A stretch of 64,000 nt of DNA from Dehalococcoidia bacterium (GTDB lineage Bacteria; Chloroflexota; Dehalococcoidia; E44-bin15), in assembly GCA_041653935.1 (NCBI GenBank), contig JBAZEO010000006.1, positions 6,504 through 70,503 on the forward strand. The letters run 5' to 3'. Numbering within the stretch: the stretch's first letter is position 1; each line of letters opens with the position of its first letter. Made by a program: the position numbers and the translations under genes. Of the stretch, positions 53,601 to 61,590 are shown one piece after another. The notes beneath the pieces were generated by a model. The model did not search any database. It was given only the letters and a program-made list of their open reading frames with translations, and was not told where the DNA came from.

Positions 53601-55039
53601 ACAGCGTAGAAGTTCCTTTCCTCATCGGTGCTTGTGGGGTCTAGCTTCTTAGCCATGTCACCCGCATGAACCTTCTCAGAGAAGTTCAGTTCCTTCTTGT
53701 CATAGTTGACAAAGGCGTTTGCCCCCTGTTTACGCATCTCTTCGTCTGAGATTGACTTAACAACCCATCCCTTAGATTCTACAAACGCCTTGATGGATGA
53801 TGGTAACTTGTCATAAGCTTCTAAGGTAGTATCAGCAGCTCCACCACCAGAGCCCCATCTACCACGAGCATCCCGTGGTTGATTAGGATTGTATGCGTTC
53901 GCAGTCACGCCCTTGTAATCGCCCACTCTCCACTCTGTCTCGCCCGGATTGTAATAGAGGTCCTTTACGTCGGCGGTCCTGATGAAGATAGTGCTGGCGG
54001 GCTTCGCGTCCTTCAGATGGTCTGGCCAGCCCGTACCCATGAACAGCGGAAACTGCTTGCCTTCCAGCGACACAGCCTGAAGCACAGCGAAGTCGTTGTC
54101 GCCGTGTTGCAGCATCAGGTCGTTCACACGTGCCTCAGACACACCGTGCGTCACGCCAGCACTAACCAGCTCGTCTCTAGTAAGTTCGCCTCTAGCTGCC
54201 TTCCGTGCAATGTTGAGGCCGTCGCGGTACTTCTCAGCGTTGTCTTTCGTGGTAAACGAGATCAGGTTGGAAGCACTGCCGCCCAGCGTCTGCTGACCCA
54301 GCTCGTCGCTGCTCTTCAGGCCCTCTGTCTTGATCTTGTCTGCTGCGAACGTGGCATGATAGAGCTGGTCTGGTGGCTCTACGTAGCCTGGATGCCCCGG
54401 TCGCAAGCCGCTCGGCGTAGCCAGTCCTTCAATCCGTTGCAGCTCCGTAGACTGTCGCTCACGGTCCTTCCAGTACTCCTCTCGCTTGCGTTCCGCCTCT
54501 GCCTTGGTTGCCTCGCTGGACTGCCGCAGCCGTACGTCCTTGATATCCAGTCCCATCTCCTCATGCTCTTTGAGGGCCAGCCTAGCATCCTCAACGGACA
54601 TGGTCGCTACGATGTCGTCGTTGTCGTCCAGGAACTCCACATCGCCGGTCATGTCACTCGGCAGCTTGTCGGCTGTGAACACACCACCAGCTCCACCACC
54701 GCCACTACTCCACTTGCCCTCTGCATCACGTGGTTGCGAAGGGTTGTAGGCGTTCAACGTACTCTCACGCACCAGACCAAACGCGTCCTCTACCAGCAAC
54801 AGGTCTTGGATCTGCTTAGCCACTCGTGCAAACCGCCTACGTAACTCCACCTCAAACAAACGCCGCAACGTAGCAGTCCTACTTGGATCACTACGTAGTG
54901 GGTTCTTGGCCTTGCGTGGATTGCCTGCATTAGAAGTGAGAGGGCTGCCAGGGTGTGACCCTGTGCGTTCCTCGGGTAAGGTACGACCCCTGCTCCCCGA
55001 GGAGACAACAACCCTCTTGCGTGGCTTAGCGATCACCAT
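50663..55039 (-). CDS. polyvalent head protein: MuF/SPP1 gp7-like morphogenesis domain (intein-interrupted) fused to two zincin-like HExxH domains and other modules
   Basis: 1458 aa. HEVGH at about 53583-53597 and HEYGH at about 50879-50893. The MuF hallmark CRLC...HPN|CRC is split by a 262 aa insert. Three copies of YNP(N/S)QPRDxxGxWxSGGGG. Confidence 0.7.
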   Translation of the reverse strand: MVIAKPRKRVVVSSGSRGRTLPEERTGSHPGSPLTSNAGNPRKAKNPLRSDPSRTATLRRLFEVELRRRFARVAKQIQDLLLVEDAFGLVRESTLNAYNPSQPRDAEGKWSSGGGGAGGVFTADKLPSDMTGDVEFLDDNDDIVATMSVEDARLALKEHEEMGLDIKDVRLRQSSEATKAEAERKREEYWKDRERQSTELQRIEGLATPSGLRPGHPGYVEPPDQLYHATFAADKIKTEGLKSSDELGQQTLGGSASNLISFTTKDNAEKYRDGLNIARKAARGELTRDELVSAGVTHGVSEARVNDLMLQHGDNDFAVLQAVSLEGKQFPLFMGTGWPDHLKDAKPASTIFIRTADVKDLYYNPGETEWRVGDYKGVTANAYNPNQPRDARGRWGSGGGAADTTLEAYDKLPSSIKAFVESKGWVVKSISDEEMRKQGANAFVNYDKKELNFSEKVHAGDMAKKLDPTSTDEERNFYAVAHEVGHVLDVENDWSSSDTFAEAYKLDMRSISAAEKYGQHNYFLTGRSQGRNESFAHLTAYHLGADLHAESLTDKLPRSSAVVKDLMDRKFGTASTVEPSKSILPGISKPPVVKKATPTKSVDYPTWLSGKAPANPDARKIWEAKRKKWKATHNQLATNARWVFQSRPQQIAAFLKWLQGVLKDEVLAGKDDGLGEAYWRKFVEEAYQKGQGRAFDDVRVPAVQKDMRWYNGTKEEFLRSSFGRPMSIEKVQLMAGRVFTDLKGVTEAMAVVVSRELTEGFARGDNPHVLARRLKDELGFGSNRAATIARTEVIRSHAEGQLDAMERLGVTEVGVMVEWDTAGDGRVCRLCQAMDGVVLTIKEARGMIPRHPNAVFAGSSFASYGECEELVRAWYCGPAIVLTLRSGLARTTIGPNHPILTPRGMVPAAQLREGDYVLYDHRKNGSSTGLNVNQVPTVENIFESLLRVTGNSGIVATSSDLHGDRVFCQGKVEAIWPARGLLGVWDSFGVEKLREGNFAGTYPKTELRSSSGSSQLSGHSVSLAPSSFVSKFGLLSRGVSSEDDPHSLETEFNCTTIDPESLLHRTQTFSSQVALPNLFKWERIHSVSFTEYEGLAFDATTATSLYYSGGLVVSNCRCAHLPANVGEPQKEQVRRKEEIQAAITESLKAEKPKKRTLAEQRKRTKWVGPDKRIAKKRPVSVVNYNPNQPRDYKGQWSSGGGGVGHESIPDAPPKFSTLKEAEQWAKTHGGQVVVTNVNEAAELIAGEAEGFADHMIKQGRLDASNRPSHEEIVDNWKKVLRSKKGNEGDKPAFKDLDPELHLEIQNAANANRANPAYQEFAEKHGDVPIIFRRQEKGRSCAAEERAATHVYDSPFWRGESGSDLVPGQPTAGGVGGYAAILRHEYGHKLFGKLSNEQQREWRSMVPSTVGTDVTSYAGKNAEEAFCEIFALTTDPRYKQGIFPPWVDQVSSKSKEWLL
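51695..52480 (-). other. intein (Hint domain, 262 aa, Ala-1 ... Ser-Asn / Cys+1) inserted in the HPN|CRC motif of the MuF domain
   Basis: N-side: RHPN-AVFAGSS...LTLRSGLARTTIGPNHPILTPRGMVPAAQLREGDYVL (blocks A/B-like). C-side: YEGLAFDATTATSLYYSGGLVVSN-CRCAHLP (blocks F/G-like). Removing it restores HPNCRC. Confidence 0.7.
51785..52465 (+). CDS. HTH + Vsr/DUF559-like PD-(D/E)XK endonuclease (homing-endonuclease candidate) encoded antisense inside the intein
   Basis: 226 aa with AAGGAA 6 nt upstream of the ATG. N-terminal HTH VRQRYLAGESLCSMQQRFGVNRSAIKLRLERMG. Core EVALSQFLDAEGIPYSQQTTCGPYCLDFTLTEHPIAVEIRGRGYN...RLKYVLDRWNLIYI matches E..l...L...G....Q.....y..Df......iavEidG. AGA/AGG-rich codon usage, unlike the neighbours. 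Confidence 0.55.
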   Translation: MNPLPLEEVRQRYLAGESLCSMQQRFGVNRSAIKLRLERMGIVLRRYTPAEKAKFAYEARRGQTDTMATKLARATTRSKLGLGVGSCEVALSQFLDAEGIPYSQQTTCGPYCLDFTLTEHPIAVEIRGRGYNPRVARNSKKRLKYVLDRWNLIYIQACGRPILPVVVEYIVAFSKLCRRNHSSRGEYWVIRSDGRPSQPAPQGKYNSWAAIPSPDQLLAFAIRSKR

Positions 55040-55326
55040 CAGTCATAGACCTCGTAGTCAAAGTCATCTTCCGGTGGGCAGTAGGCTGGTATCATGGCCT
55101 CGTTGGCACGGCGGATCGCGGCCTTACCTTCCTCAATCTCGTCGTGTGTAGGCTCGTAGCAAGTCTCGTTGCGGCGCATGTTAGCACCTTGCAAACGTAG
55201 GATCCTACACATCCTCGCATGTGAACACCCGTACGCGACCGCCAGCTTGTAGGCAGGCTCGCCGTTGTTGTATCGCCGCAGCATCGTGGCGATCTCTTGC
55301 TTCGTGAACGTTCTGCTCTTGCCCAT
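55039..55326 (-). CDS. small HTH DNA-binding protein
   Basis: TKQEIATMLRRYNNGEPAYKLAVAYGCSHARMCRILRLQG. The stop overlaps the MuF start (TGATG). Confidence 0.5.
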   Translation of the reverse strand: MGKSRTFTKQEIATMLRRYNNGEPAYKLAVAYGCSHARMCRILRLQGANMRRNETCYEPTHDEIEEGKAAIRRANEAMIPAYCPPEDDFDYEVYD

Positions 55327-55345
55327 GGCTCAGTCTAATGTCACT

Positions 55346-57514
55346 TCAGTTTTTCTGATTGGGGTTCCAGTTGTCGGTGGGTTTCAGTTTGTCTGTCACG
55401 TCCACTATCTTTAGGCCACCACCATCCATAAGCTGATAACCCCAGGCCCTAGAAGCACTGGACAGCGGAACAGATCCATGAGATTCAGCGTACAGATCCT
55501 TTGACCCCCAATAGAACTTTGGATCCACTAAGGCTGACTCGTGCACTTCTACGAGCAACCCTGCAGAACCCTTAGCTGCTCCTCCATAGATCGGGATGGG
55601 CTCCTTAGAGAAGTTTGTAGTACCACCGTGATCAGCCGAACGACCAGGACCTAGCTCACCTGTTGTTAGAGCCTTATCAAAGTCTTCCTTTGTAACAAAC
55701 CGATAGACATAGTCTTCTCGCGGTACGACGGTATCGCTGAATCGCTTTGTTACAGGAGCATTGTCGACTTGCTGCTGGATTTCTGCTTTCACGCTTGCTC
55801 CTCCGCCACCGCCCCCACTCCCAAACTTACCATCGGCGTCACGTGGTTGGTTTGGATTGTAGTTCTCAACCTTCTTCTTGCTTGGGAACGCAGCCACCTC
55901 GTCACCCTCAGTCGTGACAACCTTCTCGCCCTCACGCATCTTGATAGTGCCGGGTGCTTCCTCGGGCACTGGAGGCGCAGGCACGTGACCGGGTACGATC
56001 TCGTCCTCGGTGTCTGGGTTGGTCTTCTCGAGCTGGTCCATGGCACCTTCCAGCACTTCGTCAACCTCGTTCTGCGGCATCTCCATGATCCGTGTGAGGA
56101 AGTCGTTGGGAGCAATGAGGGCTTCCACATTGCCGCCGATGTACTTGGCCATGGCGTCCACGCGCTGGACTGCCACCTGTGCCTTCTCCAGCTCACTCAG
56201 TGCTTCCAGGTCTGGCCATACTGCGGAGTAACCCTGAGGCTCAGGCAGCACACCTACCATGATGCAACGGTCCACGAACGGTATGATCATGCGAGGCGTG
56301 AGGTACTTACCCTGCCTAGCACGCATGCGATCGTTCCACGAGTCGCTATCCTGAGAAGAAGCCAGCTCGCCGCGCTCGGATCCTTCGAAGATACGGCGTG
56401 GAACAGCCAGTTCGATGCAGATAGCACCGATCTGAACGTCGATCTGCGGCGTAGGATCCACAACCTGCGGAGCTAGGCTCTTCGCACTCATGCCCATCAG
56501 AGCCATGTATCGCTGCAACCCGTTCATGTACTGCTCCATCTGCTCGCGCAGCGCAGCAGCATCCACGTTCACGTCGCCGCCTAGCTGCGGATGGGTCTCC
56601 AGCGACCAGCCGGGAAACGCTCCACGGAAGTACATTTCGGCACTACCACCATAGAGCTTGCGCAGGTCTAGGATCCTGTGCAATACCGGCTTCATGCGCG
56701 GCGTGCCGAAGATCTCAGAGCTGCCGCAGTTGTCGGCGATGTGAATGACTCTGGTCCAGTGCACCATCTTGGTAGCAAAGGGTAAGCCAATACCACCCTT
56801 GGTCCACTCGTTGGGGTCGTTGAACGTGATGCTGTACATGACCGGCTGACCATATCGCGGCGATGTAGGATTGGTCTCGTACTGAGCAATCTGCACCAAC
56901 GACTCATCAAACGCCCTCATGAACAACAGACGACGACCCTTGGTCTTGTCCTTGTCCACGTTCAGTGTGTACACGTTACCCGTAGGCTTGGCTGGTGCCT
57001 TCACTTCCGCGGGCTGCTCTTGGCCCTTGACTGGAATGTCTACAGGCTCGGACCACTTCTCCTCGACGCCGCGGACTGGCTTGCTCAGCTCTTGGCCGTC
57101 ATCCAGACCTAGCAGCAGCACACCGAAGCAGCCTATTCCACTCAGCACGTCAGCACGGCGCAGGTACTCCCAGATCGGTGAGCCTTCCTCGCCTTGGCCA
57201 CGGTACCAGCTACGTCCACGTAGGCTGTTGCTGAGGTTTTCCCATGCTGTCTCAAACTCCGTGGTCGCCTCGCTGTCCTCGTCCTCGTACACCTCCGGCT
57301 CGTTCTTCCAGGACTCGTTAGGTATCACGTTGACCACGCGATTGCCGATAGGATCCTCGTCGTACAGTTCACGGTAGCCGTTTGGCTCCATGCCGCCGTC
57401 AGGGTAACCGCACTCCACCTTGAGGTCACGCCGTGGATCCAGCAGCTTCTGCAGTAGCTCAGATCGCTGCATCATTGCGTTGAACAGAATTTCGTTGTTG
57501 ATCGCTTCGCTCAT
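55346..57514 (-). CDS. portal protein with C-terminal extension
   Basis: 722 aa, between the large terminase and the MuF gene. After NYNPNQPRDADGKFGSGGGGGG (about 55799-55861) comes an extra domain of about 150 aa. It ends in NWNPNQKN. Confidence 0.65.
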   Translation of the reverse strand: MSEAINNEILFNAMMQRSELLQKLLDPRRDLKVECGYPDGGMEPNGYRELYDEDPIGNRVVNVIPNESWKNEPEVYEDEDSEATTEFETAWENLSNSLRGRSWYRGQGEEGSPIWEYLRRADVLSGIGCFGVLLLGLDDGQELSKPVRGVEEKWSEPVDIPVKGQEQPAEVKAPAKPTGNVYTLNVDKDKTKGRRLLFMRAFDESLVQIAQYETNPTSPRYGQPVMYSITFNDPNEWTKGGIGLPFATKMVHWTRVIHIADNCGSSEIFGTPRMKPVLHRILDLRKLYGGSAEMYFRGAFPGWSLETHPQLGGDVNVDAAALREQMEQYMNGLQRYMALMGMSAKSLAPQVVDPTPQIDVQIGAICIELAVPRRIFEGSERGELASSQDSDSWNDRMRARQGKYLTPRMIIPFVDRCIMVGVLPEPQGYSAVWPDLEALSELEKAQVAVQRVDAMAKYIGGNVEALIAPNDFLTRIMEMPQNEVDEVLEGAMDQLEKTNPDTEDEIVPGHVPAPPVPEEAPGTIKMREGEKVVTTEGDEVAAFPSKKKVENYNPNQPRDADGKFGSGGGGGGASVKAEIQQQVDNAPVTKRFSDTVVPREDYVYRFVTKEDFDKALTTGELGPGRSADHGGTTNFSKEPIPIYGGAAKGSAGLLVEVHESALVDPKFYWGSKDLYAESHGSVPLSSASRAWGYQLMDGGGLKIVDVTDKLKPTDNWNPNQKN

Positions 57515-57525
57515 GATAGTGCCTT

Positions 57526-57714
57526 TCAGGTGGTATACGTGCTAGATCCACCACGTGATTTCAAGTGTGGGATCCGTTGTGGAGTTTTCACTCTGGCGTT
57601 GTAGTCCCGGCACTTCTTGCACAGAAAGAAGAACCGTTGCTCCGGCTCGAACGCCTTCCTACACTTCAGGCAACTACGTGTCTCGATCAGCTTCGTCCCT
57701 TCAACAACACTCAT
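57526..57714 (-). CDS. small zinc-ribbon protein
   Basis: CLKCRK...CKKCRD. GGAGGA upstream of the ATG. Confidence 0.5.
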   Translation of the reverse strand: MSVVEGTKLIETRSCLKCRKAFEPEQRFFFLCKKCRDYNARVKTPQRIPHLKSRGGSSTYTT

Positions 57715-57929
57715 AGATCCTCCAGGTGTGATGCTACTACGGGGTAAATCTGCTTGAGTGTGTGCCAGTTCTCAACTGCCTTAGGCTCTGTAGGACTGTC
57801 ACCTCTCACTTGTATCCTACGCAAGACTCTGGTGGAGTATGATCTACGTGGGCTGACGAATAACCAGTGCTTTGGACGCGGCTTGCGATGGCTGAGGTAC
57901 AGGAATGTGGACTGAATGAACGGCTTCAT
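57711..57929 (-). CDS. hypothetical basic protein
   Basis: 72 aa from the ATG at 57929. Its stop overlaps the next ATG (ATGA). No motif. Upstream, 57930-58039 contains two hairpins. Confidence 0.3.
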   Translation of the reverse strand: MKPFIQSTFLYLSHRKPRPKHWLFVSPRRSYSTRVLRRIQVRGDSPTEPKAVENWHTLKQIYPVVASHLEDL

Positions 57930-58039
57930 ATGGGCGAGCAATTTCGGTTGGTTTCAGCTAACGCTCCAGGACGATCATCGCTTCAAACCGCTGCGGCTCC
58001 CTCGCATCTCCGCAGTTCATCCGGGAGCTACCCGGCCAC

Positions 58040-58993
58040 TCACACTATGGCTCCTGCAGTGCTGCGAGAGGTGCGTCCTGACAAGCCGAACACAGCAAGA
58101 CACACAGCCTCCAGTTCGTCAGGGCTGCAACCTATCAGGTCTACGAGGTTGATCTTGGAGTCAGTCTTGTTCACGGCGTCAGGCTTCTTGTGCTTGGGTG
58201 GTAGATACATTCTACCCTCCTCGTCAAACCACAACGGTATGGGGGCCATCTGCCCGCGTAGGCTGGGGCCACCGTCCAGCCTAGGCTTGTTGGCTATCTC
58301 ACTTGGTATGGCAAACGGTGTGGTCAACGCCTTCGGGTCCAGTCGCTCGCGTACGGTGCCGTAGATCTCAGCTCTGCGGTTCTTGTAGGCCATGCGCACC
58401 TCATCATCACGGTTGCGCTGCTCTAGGGGCTTCAGGCCCCTACGCTTCTCAGCCGTAGCAGGCGAGCCAAACAGGATAGCACGCACCTTGTGACCCGTCG
58501 TACGTAAACGGTCCACGTGTACTTTGCCTCCGCCTCCGTAGTCAAACAACACGTTCTCAGCACGTACGCCAAACCGGCTCATTATACCTAGCGTCAGACT
58601 GGGTATTACGGAAGTGTCCGGCGTCTTGCGGCTCTCCAGATACATGACACCGCTGTCGCTGGCTACGGCCCATGAGGTATTGTCCCCACCCAGAGCACTG
58701 TCCACCCCCATGGTACGGGCTGGTCCCACTGCCCTCCGTAGCTCCGCAGCGTTGAGCCACAACGGTGGAAACAGCAACGCATCCTCGCCCTCGTAGAACT
58801 CAGCGTCTATGCTGATGCACTTGCGTATGGGATCCCACAACTCCGTACGCTTGCAGTATTCGCCATAGCTCAAGACACCCGGTATGATGATCTCGTCAGT
58901 AGGCTCTATGCCTGCCGCAAGCTGCGCCTTGCCGAACCTTACGTTAGGACTATCGTGCCCCGTGATCTTGATGATCTTGCGGTAGTATCGCAT
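58040..58993 (-). CDS. terminase large subunit, C-terminal (nuclease, RNase H-fold) part
   Basis: MGVDSALGGDNTSWAV (first Asp), FDYGGGG, SPDELEAV. It begins with RYYRKIIKITGHDSPN, typical of the region after the ATPase motif III. Confidence 0.7.
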   Translation of the reverse strand: MRYYRKIIKITGHDSPNVRFGKAQLAAGIEPTDEIIIPGVLSYGEYCKRTELWDPIRKCISIDAEFYEGEDALLFPPLWLNAAELRRAVGPARTMGVDSALGGDNTSWAVASDSGVMYLESRKTPDTSVIPSLTLGIMSRFGVRAENVLFDYGGGGKVHVDRLRTTGHKVRAILFGSPATAEKRRGLKPLEQRNRDDEVRMAYKNRRAEIYGTVRERLDPKALTTPFAIPSEIANKPRLDGGPSLRGQMAPIPLWFDEEGRMYLPPKHKKPDAVNKTDSKINLVDLIGCSPDELEAVCLAVFGLSGRTSRSTAGAIV

Positions 58994-59106
58994 CAGCTAC
59001 CCAATGTAGATGTGAAAGCACCTAGCTATAAATTCGGTGAAGCACAGGCGCAGTTTTTCGTACCTGTACCTGATTGGATGTTCTGATTTTTGCTCGTCAA
59101 TAAACG

Positions 59107-59742
59107 TCATACTACCAACGTCTTGGGCTTGACAACCAAGTCACCACCCTTGACGCCTTTCTTGAAGAAGTTGGTGCAGGGGTAAGGGTTGCCGATGATT
59201 AGTTTACGCTCTGCCCACGTGTCCGCACGGTTGTAGCTCTCGTCGTCTACGCCACTAGCCTCGTCAGCCAGGAACAGGGTGCGCGGTATACCATCACCGG
59301 TCTTGGCTATGTGGTGCCCCAGCATACCCTCGCCCTTGGCTGCCACACGTCCTAGCATGTAGCTGAGACCGTCTACCTGCCCGTCTGGCATAACCTTGCG
59401 GAGGTGCATATGGTTGACCAGCAGAGGGCCACCCTTGGTGCTGTCCAGCGGTACCGCACTCTCTTGAATGAACCTACGTATCTCACCCCATAACACGCCC
59501 TCCAGTTGTGTAGCATCCACGCTCGTTGTCACGATGCGACAGGGGTGACGCGACATGAAGAACCACAGTGCTATGAACGCACTAACGAAGTCCTTGCCCA
59601 GCATGTTACCAGCAGGCACGAAGGTCTCGTCGTTGTCGCGTACGCTGTAGATGATCTCACGCTGCTCTCTATAGAAGGTCACGTGAGGCCACAGTACAGA
59701 GGCCATCCGCATAGGATCGGTAGCAGTTGCAATTGGCTTCAC
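59107..59742 (-). CDS. terminase large subunit, N-terminal (ATPase) part
   Basis: PAGNMLGKD (Walker A-like), TLFLADEASGV (Walker B), LIIGNPYP (motif III-like). GTG start overlapping the upstream stop. Confidence 0.7.
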   Translation of the reverse strand: MKPIATATDPMRMASVLWPHVTFYREQREIIYSVRDNDETFVPAGNMLGKDFVSAFIALWFFMSRHPCRIVTTSVDATQLEGVLWGEIRRFIQESAVPLDSTKGGPLLVNHMHLRKVMPDGQVDGLSYMLGRVAAKGEGMLGHHIAKTGDGIPRTLFLADEASGVDDESYNRADTWAERKLIIGNPYPCTNFFKKGVKGGDLVVKPKTLVV

Positions 59743-60008
59743 TGACCCAGCTCCATAATCCGCCTCTCCAGAAGAATCTGCTTGCGTCGTATGGATTCGT
59801 ACTCAGCCTCTGCCTTCTCAACATGCTTCTGCAACTCGTCAATGCTGGCTAACAGTCTATTGGTTTCAAGGCGGGCCATGAGCCAGTAGCCATACATGCA
59901 CAGTAGCACGAACACAACATGCAAGAGTGTAGTCATGATCCAGGTCCAATCATTCGCTTCACTGACCTGCCTCACGCAGCCATGGAAACTCCCTGACCCA
60001 CTCATCAC
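59739..60008 (-). CDS. membrane-anchored coiled-coil protein
   Basis: TM segment TLLHVVFVLLCMYGYWLMA. The likely real start is MTTLL at 59936. Confidence 0.4.
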   Translation of the reverse strand: MMSGSGSFHGCVRQVSEANDWTWIMTTLLHVVFVLLCMYGYWLMARLETNRLLASIDELQKHVEKAEAEYESIRRKQILLERRIMELGQ

Positions 60009-60177
60009 CGTGTTTCAAGGCGAGGAATTCATAGAGTCTTTTCGCCACAAGACGGGCTTCTATGAGGTCTGCCTGCAATGTCGTATGCTGACGGTATAGA
60101 TCTATTAGTGAGTACTGATGACCGTTGGCATCGACCACCGTCTCTGGCAATCCGTCCCAGGACTTAGGGGTATTCAT
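59959..60177 (-). CDS. hypothetical protein
   Basis: 72 aa ORF. Confidence 0.4.
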   Translation of the reverse strand: MNTPKSWDGLPETVVDANGHQYSLIDLYRQHTTLQADLIEARLVAKRLYEFLALKHGDEWVREFPWLREAGQ

Positions 60178-60347
60178 ATTCTAGGCCTCCAAGCCACTAT
60201 GGCCAGCGTGAGGGGCCAGCACAGTGAAAGCACTAGGTACACACCAATGGCTGTCAGATCCAGATCGTTCTTACGATTGTGCCATACTGCAAACCCGAAC
60301 AGTAGACAGACCGGCAGACAGTATCCTATGAGCAACCACCAGATCAT
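60174..60347 (-). CDS. small two-TM membrane protein (57 aa)
   Basis: Not in the ORF track. Own translation: MIWWLLIGYCLPVCLLFGFAVWHNRKNDLDLTAIGVYLVLSLCWPLTLAIVAWRPRI. The stop overlaps the next ATG (ATGA). Confidence 0.45.
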   Translation of the reverse strand: MIWWLLIGYCLPVCLLFGFAVWHNRKNDLDLTAIGVYLVLSLCWPLTLAIVAWRPRI

Positions 60348-60349
60348 TC

Positions 60350-60655
60350 TCAAGGCTCCTCGTTGAATAGTTTACGGTAGAGTTCTGTTAGAATACGGCG
60401 ACTACGACCACACGTACGGCACGGACCTTGATCTTTGATCTTGTCCTTCAGGTGTGCTCGCACACTCTCCTCAAAGGTCTTGTCTGGTAGTGGGGCAACA
60501 CGGTACTCAAATCCATCCCAGTTCCATGTGGGGTTCTCGGCCGTGTCCCAGTATCTTGTCTCTCCATATCTGCGGCACTGAATCGGTTGACCGTCTAAGA
60601 AAGCCTGCATGACCTCAAGGGCCTTGGTCGTATGTAACTTAGTTTCAGGTTCCAT
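60350..60655 (-). CDS. hypothetical protein
   Basis: 101 aa ORF. Confidence 0.45.
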   Translation of the reverse strand: MEPETKLHTTKALEVMQAFLDGQPIQCRRYGETRYWDTAENPTWNWDGFEYRVAPLPDKTFEESVRAHLKDKIKDQGPCRTCGRSRRILTELYRKLFNEEP

Positions 60656-60929
60656 CGCTTTGCTCCTTTGTTGTGTGGTGAATACACCCGAAGTCCTTGC
60701 CCACTAGTATACGCACTGCACAGCCTAAGGCGTCAGTGGCTCCTAGGCCCTCAGAAGGGACTTTGTTCCATGAACTGACCAGCATCTCAGCAGCGTCGTC
60801 CTCATCCAACACTCGTAGTAGTTTACCACTACGACACTCACCAAGGTAATCAACCTGATCGTTGGGCCACGAAACATAGACCCCCGTGTATAGGATCCAG
60901 TGCTTACAGGTTTCGCACGTGTTACTCAC
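60645..60929 (-). CDS. Cys-containing hypothetical protein
   Basis: 94 aa with CETCKHW at the N-terminus. Confidence 0.45.
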   Translation of the reverse strand: MSNTCETCKHWILYTGVYVSWPNDQVDYLGECRSGKLLRVLDEDDAAEMLVSSWNKVPSEGLGATDALGCAVRILVGKDFGCIHHTTKEQSDGT

Positions 60930-61587
60930 TAGTCTGCTCCTTGTGATGTGAAAGGGCTTGTATCTTCTGCTCGATAGGGTCTACATCTAGCGTGAGCGGC
61001 ACGTGCATTTCCTGAAGGAAACGCCTCAAGATCTGGTCGTCCACGCTCACGGTGGTCTCGACCTTCTCTGCTGCGAACAGACCCTTATGGCGCAGTGCCA
61101 TGTCCAACGCCTGCGCCTTGCTGACCAGCTTCACCTCCGTGTCTACTTCCTCTACCTCGGTGCCGTCGTCACGTGTGTAGCGTTTCACCTTCTGCTTGAA
61201 ACCGTCTATGGCCGCAGCAGCAGCGTCGCTTAGATCTGACACTGGCGTCAGCCGATTCTTCTCGTCTACGTAGTCCTTTCCACTCCGTGTGGCACAGGCT
61301 GCGAGATGCCAAAGGATCTCCCATCGCTGGATCTCAAAGGCCTCACGATCCTTCTTCGCTATGGCTTCTATAGCTGCTTTCACATGCGGTCTTTGGAGGA
61401 TGTTGCTCCCAGTCACAGTGCTTCTTCCAGAAGAATATCCGATCGCTCTAGCAGCTCTCGCAGCGTTCCCATCCAACATATACTCCAAGACGAACTTCTG
61501 TTCCTTCACGCTCAGACGATCTACTAGATCCTTCTGATCATGATCATTCTTCGTTTTGACTTTCGCCTTCTTGACTACGCGTGCCAT
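60922..61587 (-). CDS. terminase small subunit (Terminase_2-like)
   Basis: KEQKFVLEYMLDGNAARAARAIGYS is the typical N-terminal HTH of this family. Confidence 0.65.
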   Translation of the reverse strand: MARVVKKAKVKTKNDHDQKDLVDRLSVKEQKFVLEYMLDGNAARAARAIGYSSGRSTVTGSNILQRPHVKAAIEAIAKKDREAFEIQRWEILWHLAACATRSGKDYVDEKNRLTPVSDLSDAAAAAIDGFKQKVKRYTRDDGTEVEEVDTEVKLVSKAQALDMALRHKGLFAAEKVETTVSVDDQILRRFLQEMHVPLTLDVDPIEQKIQALSHHKEQTSE

Positions 61588-61590
61588 ACC

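Noticed and set aside
58994-59106. Simple +1/-1 frameshift or T4 gene 60-style ribosome hop joining the two terminase ORFs
   Set aside because: An in-frame TAG lies two codons upstream of the second ATG, which rules out a simple shift. The candidate landing GTA codons downstream of the take-off GTA-GTA-TGA do not restore the nuclease frame. The spacer of 113 nt is far longer than known hops. The question is left open in the findings but is not claimed.
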